NCBI GenBank assembly: GCA_051362555.1
Contig: CM120641.1
Span: 30,448,401-30,512,400 of the forward strand
Source: Lingula anatina
Lineage: Eukaryota; Animalia; Brachiopoda
DNA: 64,000 nt
Direction: 5' to 3'
Shown: in pieces, positions 24,401 to 39,100 of the stretch
How positions within the stretch are numbered: position 1 is the first letter of the stretch
Layout of the letters: the number at the start of each line of letters is the position of its first letter
Translations under genes and position numbers: made by a program
Notes under the pieces: generated by a model
What the model was told of the DNA's origin: nothing
Database searches by the model: none
The model's input: the letters and a program-made list of their open reading frames with translations, nothing else

Positions 24401-27400
24401 TCTCCTTACTACCAATACCAGATGCAGATTCCTCCTTACAATCGGTTTCTGGAATAGGGTTTAGCACACCATTTGACAATGTCCTAAAGCTTGCCATATA
24501 CCATCTATTGTACACATGGATGAGACATAGCATTGCTCTTGCTGTTGTCTTTTGCTGTCTGTTTTTTCTATAGGAATTAGCCCTGACCAGACAGGAAGAA
24601 TCAGTTCACCAAAAAATCCATCACGCTGTATGGAAAAGGTCACCTAGAAAAAGAACAATATGTTTGATAAAAGTGAAAATTGAATTCTAAAAATTGACAA
24701 ATTTCCCACATTAAAAAAGTTGAACATAATTTTGATGAACTTAACCTAAACAGTTGACTATGTCTAATAAAAAGGACATTTTCAGAACATATAAATTTGA
24801 GAAATTCTGAAAATGACATTGAAAAAACTGCCAAATTCCATGGCTTGAAATAGTTAAACGTTAATAATTTTCACAAATCTTGTCCAATATTTGTGAAATT
24901 TGGACAGATGATGCATAACAATAATAAAAATCTGTGATAAGCTCATCAGTTGACTGCATCTCATGAAAAACATTTTTCAGAGCATATAAATGTGAGAAAA
25001 CTGAAAATGACATTGAAAAGACTGCCAAATTCCATGGCCTTAAAATAGTTAAACGTTAATAATTTTCACAAATCTTGTCTAATATTTGTGAAATTTGGAT
25101 AGTTGATGCATAACAACAATACAAATTTGTGATAAGCTCATCAGTTGACTGTGTCTCATAAAAAGGATTTTTTTGCACAATAAAATTGAGAAAACAGAAA
25201 ATGACATTGAAAAGACTGCAAAATGCGGTGCCTTAAAATAGTTAAACGTTAATAATTTTCACAAATCTTGTTCAAGATTTGTGAAATTTGGACAGATGAT
25301 GCATAACAATAATAAAAATCTGTGATAAGCTCATCAGTTGACTGTGTTTCATGAAAAACATTTTTCAGAGCATATAAATGTGAAAAAACTGAAAATGACA
25401 TTGCAAAGACTGCAAAATTCCATGGCTTGAAATAGTTAAACGTTAATAATTTTCACAAATCTTGTTCAAGATCTGTGAAATTTGGACAGATGATGCATAA
25501 CAACAATAAAAATCTGTGATAAGCTCATCAGTTGACTGTGTCTCATGAAAAAGATTTTTTTTGGACAATTAATTTAAGAAAACTGAAAATAACACTGAAA
25601 CGACTGCCAAATTCCATGGCTTAAAATAGTTAAACGTTAATAATTTTCACAAATCTTGTCTAATATTTGTGAAATTTGGAAAGATGATGCATAACAACAA
25701 TAAAAATCTGTGATAAGCTCATCAGTTGACTGCATCTCATGAAAAACATTTTTCAGGGCATATAAATGTGAGAAAACTGAAAATGACATTGAAAAGACTG
25801 CCAAATTCCATGGCTTAAAATAGTTAAACTTTAATAATTTTCACAAATCTTGTCTAATATTTGTGAAATTTGGATAGATGATGCATATCAACAATAAAAA
25901 TCTGTGATAAGCTCATCAGTTGCCTGTGTCTCATAAAAAAGATTTTTTTGGACAATAAAATTGAGAAAAACGGAAAATGACACTGAGAAGACTGCAAAAT
26001 GCAGTGGCTTAAAATAGTTAAACGTTAATAATTTTCACAAAACTTGTTCAATATTTGTGAAATTTGGATAGATGATGCATAACAATAATAAAAATCTGTG
26101 ATAAGCTCATCAGTTGACTGTGTTTCATGAAAAACATTTTTCAGAGCATATAAATGTGAAAAAACTGAAAATGACATTGAAAAGACTGCCAAATTCCATG
26201 GCTTAAAATAGTTTAACGTTAATAATTTTCACAAATCTTGTCTAATATTTGTGAAATTTGGAGAGATGATGCTTAGCAATAACAAAAATCTGTGATAAAC
26301 TTAACAGTTGACAGTGTGTGATAGAATTGTAGTTGTCTGACATTTTGTATGCGAAGAGTGAGAATTATCTACAATATTTTTTTTTCAATTTCACAACATC
26401 TAATTAGACTCACATTAAACATCAAATATTATGATTTGAGTTTGTTTGTGTAAGAGGTGACAAATTACCCATAATTGTCCTCTGGAAAAGAATATATACC
26501 CACTTAAGACATCTCCTTACTACCAATACCAGATGCAGATTCCTCCTTACAATCGGTTTCTGGAATAGGGTTTAGCACACCATTTGACAATGTCCTAAAG
26601 CTTGCCATATACCATCTATTGTACACATGGATGAGACATAGCATTGCTCTTGCTGTTGTCTTTTGCTGTCTGTTTTTTCTATAGGAATTAGCCCTGACCA
26701 GACAGGAAGAATCAGTTCACCAAAAAATCCATCACGCTGTATGGAAAAGGTCACCTAGAAAAAGAACAATATGTTTGATAAAAGTGAAAATTGAATTCTA
26801 AAAATTGACAAATTTCTCACATTAAAAAAGTTGAACATAATTTTGATGAACTTAACCTAAACAGTTGACTATGTCAAAAAAAAAGGACATTTTCAGAACA
26901 TATAAATTTGAGAAATTCTGAAAATGACATTGAAAAAACTGCCAAATTCCATGGCTTGAAATAGTTAAACGTTAATAATTTTCACAAATCTTGTCCAATA
27001 TTTGTGAAATTTGGATAGATGATGCATAACAATAATAAAAATCTGTGATAAGCTCATCAGTTGACTGCATCTCATGAAAAACATTTTTCAGAGCATATAA
27101 ATGTGAGAAAACTGAAAATGACATTGAAAAGACTGCCAAATTCCATGGCTTAAAATAGTTAAACGTTAATAATTTTCACAAATCTTGTCTAATATTTGTG
27201 AAATTTGGATAGTTGATGCATAACAACAATACAAATCTGTGATAAGCTCATCAGTTGACTGTGTCTCATAAAAAGGATTTTTTTGCACAATAAAATTGAG
27301 AAAACAGAAAATGACATTGAAAAGACTGCAAAATGCGGTGCCTTAAAATAGTTAAACGTTAATAATTTTCACAAATCTTGTTCAAGATTTGTGAAATTTG

Positions 27401-29759
27401 GACAGATGATGCATAACAATAATAAAAATCTGTGATAAGCTCATCAGTTGACTGTGTTTCATGAAAAACATTTTTCAGAGCATATAAATGTGAAAAAACT
27501 GAAAATGACATTGCAAAGACTGCAAAATTCCATGGCTTGAAATAGTTAAACGTTAATAATTTTCACAAATCTTGTTCAAGATTTGTGAAATTTGGACAGA
27601 TGATGCATAACAACAATAACAATCTGTGATAAGCTCATCAGTTGACTGTGTCTCATGAAAAAGATTTTTTTTGGACAATTAATTTAAGAAAACTGAAAAT
27701 AACACTGAAACGACTGCCAAATTCCATGGCTTAAAATAGTTAAACGTTAATAATTTTCACAAATCTTGTCTAATATTTGTGAAATTTGGAAAGATGATGC
27801 ATAACAACAATAAAAATCTGTGATAAGCTCATCAGTTGACTGCATCTCATGAAAAACATTTTTCAGGGCATATAAATGTGAGAAAACTGAAAATGACATT
27901 GAAAAGACTGCCAAATTCCATGGCTTAAAATAGTTAAACGTTAATAATTTTCACAAATCTTGTCTAATATTTGTGAAATTTGGATAGATGATGCATAACA
28001 ACAATAAAAATCTGTGATAAGCTTATCATTTGACTGTGTCTCATTAAAGATTTTTTTTTTGGACAATAAAATTGAGAAAATTGAAAATGAAACTGAAAAG
28101 ACTGCAAAATGCGGTGCCTTAAAATAGTTAAATATTAATAATTTTCACAAAACTTGTTCAATATTTGTGAAATTTGGAGAGATGATGCTTAGCAATAACA
28201 AAAATCTGTGATAAGCTTAACAGTTGACAGTGTGTGATAGAATTGTAGTTGTCTGACATTTTGTATGCGAAGAGTGAGAATTATCTACAATATTTTTTTT
28301 TCAATTTCACAACATCTAATTAGACTCACATTAAACATCAAATATTATGATTTGAGTTTGTTTGTGTAAGAGGTGACAAATTACCCATAATTGTCCTCTG
28401 GAAAAGAATATATACCCATTTAAGACATCTCCTTACTACCAATACCAGATGCAGATTCCTCCTTACAATCGGTTTCTGGAATAGGGTTTAGCACACCATT
28501 TGACAATGTCCTAAAGCTTGCCATATACCATCTATTGTACACATGGATGAGACATAGCATTGCTCTTGCTGTTGTCTTTTGCTGTCTGTTTTTTCTATAG
28601 GAATTAGCCCTGACCAGACAGGAAGAATCAGTTCACCAAAAAATCCATCACGCTGTATGGAAAAGGTCACCTAGAAAAAGAACAATATGTTTGATAAAAG
28701 TGAAAATTGAATTCTAAAAATTGACAAATTTCCCACATTAAAAAAGTTGAACATAATTTTGATGAACTTAACCTAAACAGTTGACTATGTCTAATAAAAA
28801 GGACATTTTCAGAACATATAAATTTGAGAAATTCTGAAAATGACATTGAAAAAACTGCCAAATTCCATGGCTTGAAATAGTTAAACGTTAATAATTTTCA
28901 CAAATCTTGTCCAATATTTGTGAAATTTGGACAGATGATGCATAACAATAATAAAAATCTGTGATAAGCTCATCAGTTGACTGCATCTCATGAAAAACAT
29001 TTTTCAGAGCATATAAATGTGAGAAAACTGAAAATGACATTGAAAAGACTGCCAAATTCCATGGCTTAAAATAGTTAAACGTTAATAATTTTCACAAATC
29101 TTGTCTAATATTTGTGAAATTTGGATAGATGATGCATAACAACAATAAAAATCTGCGATAAGCTCATCAGTTGACCGTGTCTCATAAAAAAGATTTTTTT
29201 TGGACAATAAATTTGAGAAAACTGAAAATGACATTGAAAAGACTGCAAAATGCGGTGCCTTAAAATAGTTAAACGTTAATAATTTTCACAAATCTTGTTC
29301 AAGATTTGTGAAATTTGGACAGATGATGCATAACAATAATAAAAATCTGTGATAAGCTCATCAGTTGACTGTGTTTCATGAAAAACATTTTTCAGAGCAT
29401 ATAAATGTGAAAAAACTGAAAATGACATTGCAAAGACTGCAAAATTCCATGGCTTAAAATAGTTAAATGTTAATAATTTTCACAAATCTTGTCTAATATT
29501 TGTGAAATTGGGACAGATGATCGCATAACAGCAATAAAAATCTGTGATAAGCTTATCAGCTGACTGTGTCTCATGGAAAAGATTTTTTTAGAGCATATAA
29601 TTTGGAGAAAACTGAAAATTACATTGAAAAGACCTGCAAATTCCATGGCATAAAATAGTTAAATATTGATGATTTTGACAAACCCAGTCCAATATTTGTG
29701 AAATTTGTACAAATGATGCTTAAAAGCAATAAAAATCTGTTCTAAGCTTATCAGCTGAC

Positions 29760-30193
29760 TGTGTGTAATAGAAGTGTAGCTTATTAACAATTTGTATGAA
29801 AAGAGTGACAATTATCAAAAACATTTTTTTTCTCAATTTCACAACATCTAATTAGGCTCTTATTTAACATCAAATGTTATGATTTGAGTTTGTTTGTGTA
29901 AGAGGTGACAAATTACCCATAATTGTCCCGTGGAAAACAATATATACCCATTCAAGACTTCTCCTTACTACCAAATACCAGATGCAGATTCCTCCTTACA
30001 ATCGGTTGCTGGAATCAGAGTTTAGCACACCATTTGACAATGTCCTAAAGCTTCCCACATACCATCATGAGACAGCATTGCTCTTGCTGTTGTCTTTTGC
30101 TGCCTGTTTTTTTCTATAGGAATTAGCCATGACTAGACAGGAAGAATCAGTTCACCAAAAAAGCCACCATGCTGTATGGAAAAGGTCACCTGG
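29760..30193 (-). repeat. Representative cassette subtype B (8 copies plus one chimera, all right of 29.5 kb)
   Basis: Diagnostic CTTCCCACATACCATCATGAGACAG (14-bp and 2-bp deletions versus A), GTCCCGTGG and GGAATCAGAG. Anchors at 30189, 32669, 42064, 44544, 48361, 55025, 57506, 59986; chimera at 52174. Confidence 0.9.
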
Positions 30194-33100
30194 AAAAAGA
30201 ACAATATTTTTGAAAAAAGTGAAAAATTTAAAAATTGACACATTTCACAGACTGAAATAGTTAAACATTAAGAATTTTTATAAAGTTAACCTTAACAGTT
30301 GACTGTCTAATAAAAGGATATTTTCGGTACATATAAATTTGAGAAAACTGAAAATTACATTAATAAGACTTCCAAATTCCATGGCTTAAAATAGTTAAAC
30401 GTTAATAATTTTAACAAATTTCGTGCAATGTTTGTGAAATTTGTACAAGTCATGCATAACAGCAATAAAAATCTGTGATAAGCTCATCAGTTGAATGTGT
30501 CTCATTAAAAAGATTTTTTTGGACAATAAATTTGAGAAAATTGACAATAACACTGAAACGACTGCCAAATTCCATGGCTTAAAATAGTTAAACGTTAATT
30601 ATTTTCACAAATTTTGTCTAATATTTGTGAAATTTGGAAAGATGATGCATAACAACAATAAAAATCTGTGATAAGCTCATAAGTTGACTGTGTCTCATAA
30701 AAAGGATTTTTTTGGACAATAAAATTGAGAAAACGGAAAATGACATTGAAAAGAATGCAAAATGCGGTGCCTTAAAATAGTTAAACGTTAATAATTTTCA
30801 CAAGTCTTGTTCAAGATTTGTGAAATTTGGACAGATGATGCATAACAATAATCAAAATCTGTGATAAGCTCATCAGCTGACTGTGTCTCATGAAAATCAT
30901 TTTTCAGAGCATATAAATGTGAGAAAACTGAAAATGACATTGAAAAGACTGCCAAATTCCATGGCTTAAAATAGTTAAACGTTAATAATTTTCACAAATC
31001 TTGTCTAATATTTCTGAAATTTGGAAAGATGATGCATAACAACAATACAAATCTGAGATAAGCTCATCAGTTGACTGTGTCTCATGAAAAAGATTTTTTT
31101 TGGACAATAAATTTGAGAAAACTGAAAATAACACTGAAACGACTGCCAAATTCCATGGCTTAAAATAGTTAAACGTTAATTATTTTCACAAATTTTGTCT
31201 AATATTTGTGAAATTTGGAAAGATGATGCATAACAACAATAAAAATCTGTGATAAGCTCATAAGTTGACTGTGTCTCATAAAAAGGATTTTTTTGGACAA
31301 TAAAATTGAGAAAACGGAAAATGACATTGAAAAGAATGCAAAATGCGGTGCCTTAAAATAGTTAAACGTTAATAATTTTCACAAGTCTTGTTCAAGATTT
31401 GTGAAATTTGGACAGATGATGCATAACAATAATCAAAATCTGTGATAAGCTCATCAGCTGACTGTGTCTCATGAAAATCATTTTTCAGAGCATATAAATG
31501 TGAGAAAACTGAAAATGACATTGAAAAGACTGCCAAATTCCATGGCTTAAAATAGTTAAACGTTAATAATTTTCACAAATCTTGTCTAATATTTGTGAAA
31601 TTTGGAAAGATGATGCATAACAACAATACAAATCTGAGATAAGCTCATCAGTTGACTGTGTCTCATGAAAAAGATTTTTTTTGGACAATAAATTTGAGAA
31701 AACTGAAAATAACACTGAAACGACTGCCAAATTCCATGGCTTAAAATAGTTAAACGTTAATAATTTTCACAAATTTTGTCTAATATTTGTGAAATTTGGA
31801 TAGATGATGCATAACAACAATAAAAATCTGTGAGAAGCTCATCAGTTGACTGTGTCTCATTAAAAACATTTTTTAGAGCAAATAAATGTGAGAAAACTGA
31901 AAATGACATTGAAAAGACTGCCAAATGCGGTGCCATAACATAGTTAAACGTTAATAATTTTCACAAATCATGTCCAATATTTGTGAAATTGGGACAGATG
32001 ATGCATAACAGCAATAAAAATCTGTGATAAGTTTATCAGCTGACTGTGTCTCATGGAAAAATTTTTTTAGAGCATATAATTTGGAGAAAACTGAAAATTA
32101 CATTGAAAAGACCTGCAAATTCCATGGCATAAAATAGTTAAATATTGATGATTTTGACAAACCCAGTCCAATATTTGTGAAATTTGTACAAATGATGCTT
32201 AAAAGCAATAAAAATCTGTTCTAAGCTTATCAGCTGACTGTGTGTAATAGAAGTGTAGCTTATTAACAATTTGTATGAAAAGAGTGACAATTATCAAAAA
32301 CATTTTTTTTCTCAATTTCACAACATCTAATTAGGCTCTTATTTAACATCAAATGTTATGATTTGAGTTTGTTTGTGTAAGAGGTGACAAATTACCCATA
32401 ATTGTCCCGTGGAAAACAATATATACCCATTCAAGACTTCTCCTTACTACCAAATACCAGATGCAGATTCCTCCTTACAATCGGTTGCTGGAATCAGAGT
32501 TTAGCACACCATTTGACAATGTCCTAAAGCTTCCCACATACCATCATGAGACAGCTTTGCTCTTGCTGTTGTCTTTTGCTGCCTGTTTTTTTCTATAGGA
32601 ATTAGCCATGACTAGACAGGAAGAATCAGTTCACCAAAAAAAGCCACCATGCTGTATGGAAAAGGTCACCTGGAAAAAGAACAATATTTTTGAAAAAAGT
32701 GAAAAATTTAAAAATTGACACATTTCACAGACTGAAATAGTTAAACATTAAGAATTTTTATAAAGTTAACCTTAACAGTTGACTGTCTAATAAAAGGATA
32801 TTTTCGGTACATATAAATTTGAGAAAACTGAAAATTACATTAATAAGACTTCCAAATTCCATGGCTTAAAATAGTTAAACGTTAATAATTTTAACAAATT
32901 TCGTCCAATGTTTGTGAAATTTGTACAAGTCATGCATAACAGCAATAAAAATCTGTGAGAAGCTCATCAGTTGAATGTGTCTCATTAAAAAGATTTTTTT
33001 GGACAATAAATTTGAGAAAATTGAAAATGACACTGAGAAGACTGCAAAATGCGGTGCCTTAAAATAGTTAAACGTTAATAATATTCACAAAACTTGTTCA

Positions 33101-36100
33101 ATATTTGTGAAATTTGGACAGATGATGCATAACAATAATAAAAATCTGTGATAAGCTCATCAGTTGACTGTGTCTCATGAAAAAGATTTTTTTTGGACAA
33201 TAAATTTGAGAAAACTGACAATAACACTGAAACGACTGCCAAATTCCATGGCTTAAAATAGTTAAACGTTAATTATTTTCACAAATTTTGTCTAATATTT
33301 GTGAAATTTGGAAAGATGATGCATAACAACAATAAAAATCTGTGATAAGCTCATAAGTTGACTGTGTCTCATAAAAAGGATTTTTTTGGACAATAAAATT
33401 GAGAAAACGGAAAATGACATTGAAAAGAATGCAAAATGCGGTGCCTTAAAATAGTTAAACGTTAATAATTTTCACAAGTCTTGTTCAAGATTTGTGAAAT
33501 TTGGACAGATGATGCATAACAATAATCAAAATCTGTGATAAGCTCATCAGCTGACTGTGTCTCATGAAAATCATTTTTCAGAGCATATAAATGTGAGAAA
33601 ACTGAAAATGACATTGAAAAGACTGCCAAATTCCATGGCTTAAAATAGTTAAACGTTAATAATTTTCACAAATCTTGTCTAATATTTGTGAAATTTGGAA
33701 AGATGATGCATAACAACAATACAAATCTGAGATAAGCTCATCAGTTGACTGTGTCTCATTTAAAAGATTTTTTTGGACAATAAATTTGAGAAAATTGAAA
33801 ATGACACTGAGAAGACTGCAAAATGCGGTGCCTTAAAATAGTTAAACGTTAATAATTTTCACAAAACTTGTTCAATATTTGTGAAATATAGACAGATGAT
33901 GCATAACAATAATAAAAATCTGTGATAAGCTCATCAATTGAATGTGTCTCATGAAAAACATTTTTCAGAGCATATAAATGTGAGAAAACTGAAAATGACA
34001 TTGAAAAGACTGCCAAATTCCATGGCTTGAAATAGTTAAACGTTAATAATTTTCACAAATCTTGTTCAAGATTTGTGAAATTTGGACAGATGATGCATAA
34101 CAACAATAAAAATCTGTGATAAGCTCATCAGTTGACTGCATCTCATGAAAAACATTTTTCAGAGCATATAAATGTGAGAAAACTGAAAATGACATTGAAA
34201 AGACTGCCAAATTCCATGGCTTAAAATAGTTAAACGTTAATAATTTTCACAAATCTTGTCTAATATTTGTGAAATTTGGATAGTTGATGCATAACAACAA
34301 TACAAATCTGTGATGAGCTCATCAGTTGACTGTGTCTCATAAAAAGGATTTTTTTGCACAATAAAATTGAGAAAACAGAAAATGACATTGAAAAGACTGC
34401 AAAATGCGGTGCCTTAAAATAGTTAAACGTTAATAATTTTCACAAATCTTGTTCAAGATTTGTGAAATTTGGACAGATGATGCATAACAATAATAAAAAT
34501 CTGTGATAAGCTCATCAGTTGACTGTGTTTCATGAAAAACATTTTTCAGAGCATATAAATGTGAAAAAACTGAAAATGACATTGCAAAGACTGCAAAATT
34601 CCATGGCTTGAACTAGTTAAACGTTAATAATTTTCACAAATCTTGTTCAAGATTTGTGAAATTTGGACAGATGATGCATAACAACAATAAAAATCTGTGA
34701 TAAGCTCATCAGTTGCCTGTGTCTCATAAAAAAGATTTTTTTGGACAATAAAATTGAGAAAAACGGAAAATGACACTGAGAAGACTGCAAAATGCAGTGC
34801 CTTAAAATAGTTAAACGTTAATAATTTTCACAAAACTTGTTCAATATTTGTGAAATATAGACAGATGATGCATAACAATAATAAAAATCTGTGATAAGCT
34901 CATCAATTGAATGTGTCTCATGAAAAACATTTTTCAGAGCATATAAATGTGAGAAAACTGAAAATGACATTGAAAAGACTGCCAAATTCCATGGCTTAAA
35001 ATAGTTAAACATTAATAATTTTCACAAATCTTGTCTAATGTTTGTCAAATTTGGATAGATGATGCATATCAACAATAAAAATCTGTGATAAGCTCATTAG
35101 TTGCCTGTGTCTCATAAAAAAGATTTTTTTGGACAATAAAATTGAGAAAAAACGGAAAATGACATTGAAAAGACTGCAAAATGCGGTGCCTTAAAATAGT
35201 TAAACGTTTATAATTTTCACAAATCTTGTTCAAGATTTGTGAAATTTGGATAGATGATGCATAACAATAATAAAAATCTGTGATAAGCTCATCAGTTGAC
35301 TGTGTTTCATGAAAAACATTTTTCAGAGCATATAAATGTGAAAAAACTGAAAATGACATTGAAAAGACTGCCAAATTCCATGGCTTAAAATAGTTTAACG
35401 TTAATAATTTTCACAAATCTTGTCTAATATTTGTGAAATTTGGATAGATGATGCATAACAACAATAAAAATCTGTGATAAGCTCATCAGTTGACTGTGTC
35501 TCATTAAAAAGATTTTTTTTGGACAATAAAATTGAGAAAATTGAAAATGAAACTGAAAAGACTGCAAAATGCGGTGCCTTAAAATAGTTAAATATTAATA
35601 ATTTTCACAAAACTTGTTCAATATTTGTGAAATTTGGAGAGATGATGCTTAGCAATAACAAAAATCTGTGATAAGCTAAACAGTTGACAGTGTGTGATAG
35701 AATTGTAGTTGTCTGACATTTTGTTTGCGAAGAGTGAGAATTATCTACAATATTTTTTTTTCAATTTCACAACATCTAATTAGACTCACATTAAACATCA
35801 AATATTATGATTTGAGTTTGTTTGTGTAAGAGGTGACAAATTACCCATAATTGTCCTCTGGAAAAGAATATATACCCACTTAAGACATCTCCTTACTACC
35901 AATACCAGATGCAGATTCCTCCTTACAATCGGTTTCTGGAATAGGGTTTAGCACACCATTTGACAATGTCCTAAAGCTTGCCATATACCATCTATTGTAC
36001 ACATGGATGAGACATAGCATTGCTCTTGCTGTTGTCTTTTGCTGTCTGTTTTTTCTATAGGAATTAGCCCTGACCAGACAGGAAGAATCAGTTCACCAAA

Positions 36101-39100
36101 AAATCCATCACGCTGTATGGAAAAGGTCACCTAGAAAAAGAACAATATGTTTGATAAAAGTGAAAATTGAATTCTAAAAATTGACAAATTTCCCACATTA
36201 AAAAAGTTGAACATAATTTTGATGAACTTAACCTAAACAGTTGACTATGTCAAAAAAAAAGGACATTTTCAGAACATATAAATTTGAGAAATTCTGAAAA
36301 TGACATTGAAAAAACTGCCAAATTCCATGGCTTGAAATAGTTAAACGTTAATAATTTTCACAAATCTTGTCCAATATTTGTGAAATTTGGACAGATGATG
36401 CATAACAATAATAAAAATCTGTGATAAGCTCATCAGTTGACTGCATCTCATGAAAAACATTTTTCAGAGCATATAAATGTGAGAAAACTGAAAATGACAT
36501 TGAAAAGACTGCCAAATTCCATGGCCTTAAAATAGTTAAACGTTAATAATTTTCACAAATCTTGTCTAATATTTGTGAAATTTGGATAGTTGATGCATAA
36601 CAACAATACAAATTTGTGATAAGCTCATCAGTTGACTGTGTCTCATAAAAAGGATTTTTTTGCACAATAAAATTGAGAAAACAGAAAATGACATTGAAAA
36701 GACTGCAAAATGCGGTGCCTTAAAATAGTTAAACGTTAATAATTTTCACAAATCTTGTTCAAGATTTGTGAAATTTGGACAGATGATGCATAACAATAAT
36801 AAAAATCTGTGATAAGCTCATCAGTTGACTGTGTTTCATGAAAAACATTTTTCAGAGCATATAAATGTGAAAAAACTGAAAATGACATTGCAAAGACTGC
36901 AAAATTCCATGGCTTGAAATAGTTAAACGTTAATAATTTTCACAAATCTTGTTCAAGATTTGTGAAATTTGGACAGATGATGCATAACAACAATAAAAAT
37001 CTGTGATAAGCTCATCAGTTGACTGTGTCTCATGAAAAAGATTTTTTTTGGACAATTAATTTAAGAAAACTGAAAATAACACTGAAACGACTGCCAAATT
37101 CCATGGCTTAAAATAGTTAAACGTTAATAATTTTCACAAATCTTGTCTAATATTTGTGAAATTTGGAAAGATGATGCATAACAACAATAAAAATCTGTGA
37201 TAAGCTCATCAGTTGACTGCATCTCATGAAAAACATTTTTCAGGGCATATAAATGTGAGAAAACTGAAAATGACATTGAAAAGACTGCCAAATTCCATGG
37301 CTTAAAATAGTTAAACTTTAATAATTTTCACAAATCTTGTCTAATATTTGTGAAATTTGGATAGATGATGCATATCAACAATAAAAATCTGTGATAAGCT
37401 CATCAGTTGCCTGTGTCTCATAAAAAAGATTTTTTTGGACAATAAAATTGAGAAAAACGGAAAATGACACTGAGAAGACTGCAAAATGCAGTGGCTTAAA
37501 ATAGTTAAACGTTAATAATTTTCACAAAACTTGTTCAATATTTGTGAAATTTGGATAGATGATGCATAACAATAATAAAAATCTGTGATAAGCTCATCAG
37601 TTGACTGTGTTTCATGAAAAACATTTTTCAGAGCATATAAATGTGAAAAAACTGAAAATGACATTGAAAAGACTGCCAAATTCCATGGCTTAAAATAGTT
37701 TAACGTTAATAATTTTCACAAATCTTGTCTAATATTTGTGAAATTTGGAGAGATGATGCTTAGCAATAACAAAAATCTGTGATAAACTTAACAGTTGACA
37801 GTGTGTGATAGAATTGTAGTTGTCTGACATTTTGTATGCGAAGAGTGAGAATTATCTACAATATTTTTTTTTCAATTTCACAACATCTAATTAGACTCAC
37901 ATTAAACATCAAATATTATGATTTGAGTTTGTTTGTGTAAGAGGTGACAAATTACCCATAATTGTCCTCTGGAAAAGAATATATACCCACTTAAGACATC
38001 TCCTTACTACCAATACCAGATGCAGATTCCTCCTTACAATCGGTTTCTGGAATAGGGTTTAGCACACCATTTGACAATGTCCTAAAGCTTGCCATATACC
38101 ATCTATTGTACACATGGATGAGACATAGCATTGCTCTTGCTGTTGTCTTTTGCTGTCTGTTTTTTCTATAGGAATTAGCCCTGACCAGACAGGAAGAATC
38201 AGTTCACCAAAAAATCCATCACGCTGTATGGAAAAGGTCACCTAGAAAAAGAACAATATGTTTGATAAAAGTGAAAATTGAATTCTAAAAATTGACAAAT
38301 TTCTCACATTAAAAAAGTTGAACATAATTTTGATGAACTTAACCTAAACAGTTGACTATGTCAAAAAAAAAGGACATTTTCAGAACATATAAATTTGAGA
38401 AATTCTGAAAATGACATTGAAAAAACTGCCAAATTCCATGGCTTGAAATAGTTAAACGTTAATAATTTTCACAAATCTTGTCCAATATTTGTGAAATTTG
38501 GATAGATGATGCATAACAATAATAAAAATCTGTGATAAGCTCATCAGTTGACTGCATCTCATGAAAAACATTTTTCAGAGCATATAAATGTGAGAAAACT
38601 GAAAATGACATTGAAAAGACTGCCAAATTCCATGGCTTAAAATAGTTAAACGTTAATAATTTTCACAAATCTTGTCTAATATTTGTGAAATTTGGATAGT
38701 TGATGCATAACAACAATACAAATCTGTGATAAGCTCATCAGTTGACTGTGTCTCATAAAAAGGATTTTTTTGCACAATAAAATTGAGAAAACAGAAAATG
38801 ACATTGAAAAGACTGCAAAATGCGGTGCCTTAAAATAGTTAAACGTTAATAATTTTCACAAATCTTGTTCAAGATTTGTGAAATTTGGACAGATGATGCA
38901 TAACAATAATAAAAATCTGTGATAAGCTCATCAGTTGACTGTGTTTCATGAAAAACATTTTTCAGAGCATATAAATGTGAAAAAACTGAAAATGACATTG
39001 CAAAGACTGCAAAATTCCATGGCTTGAAATAGTTAAACGTTAATAATTTTCACAAATCTTGTTCAAGATTTGTGAAATTTGGACAGATGATGCATAACAA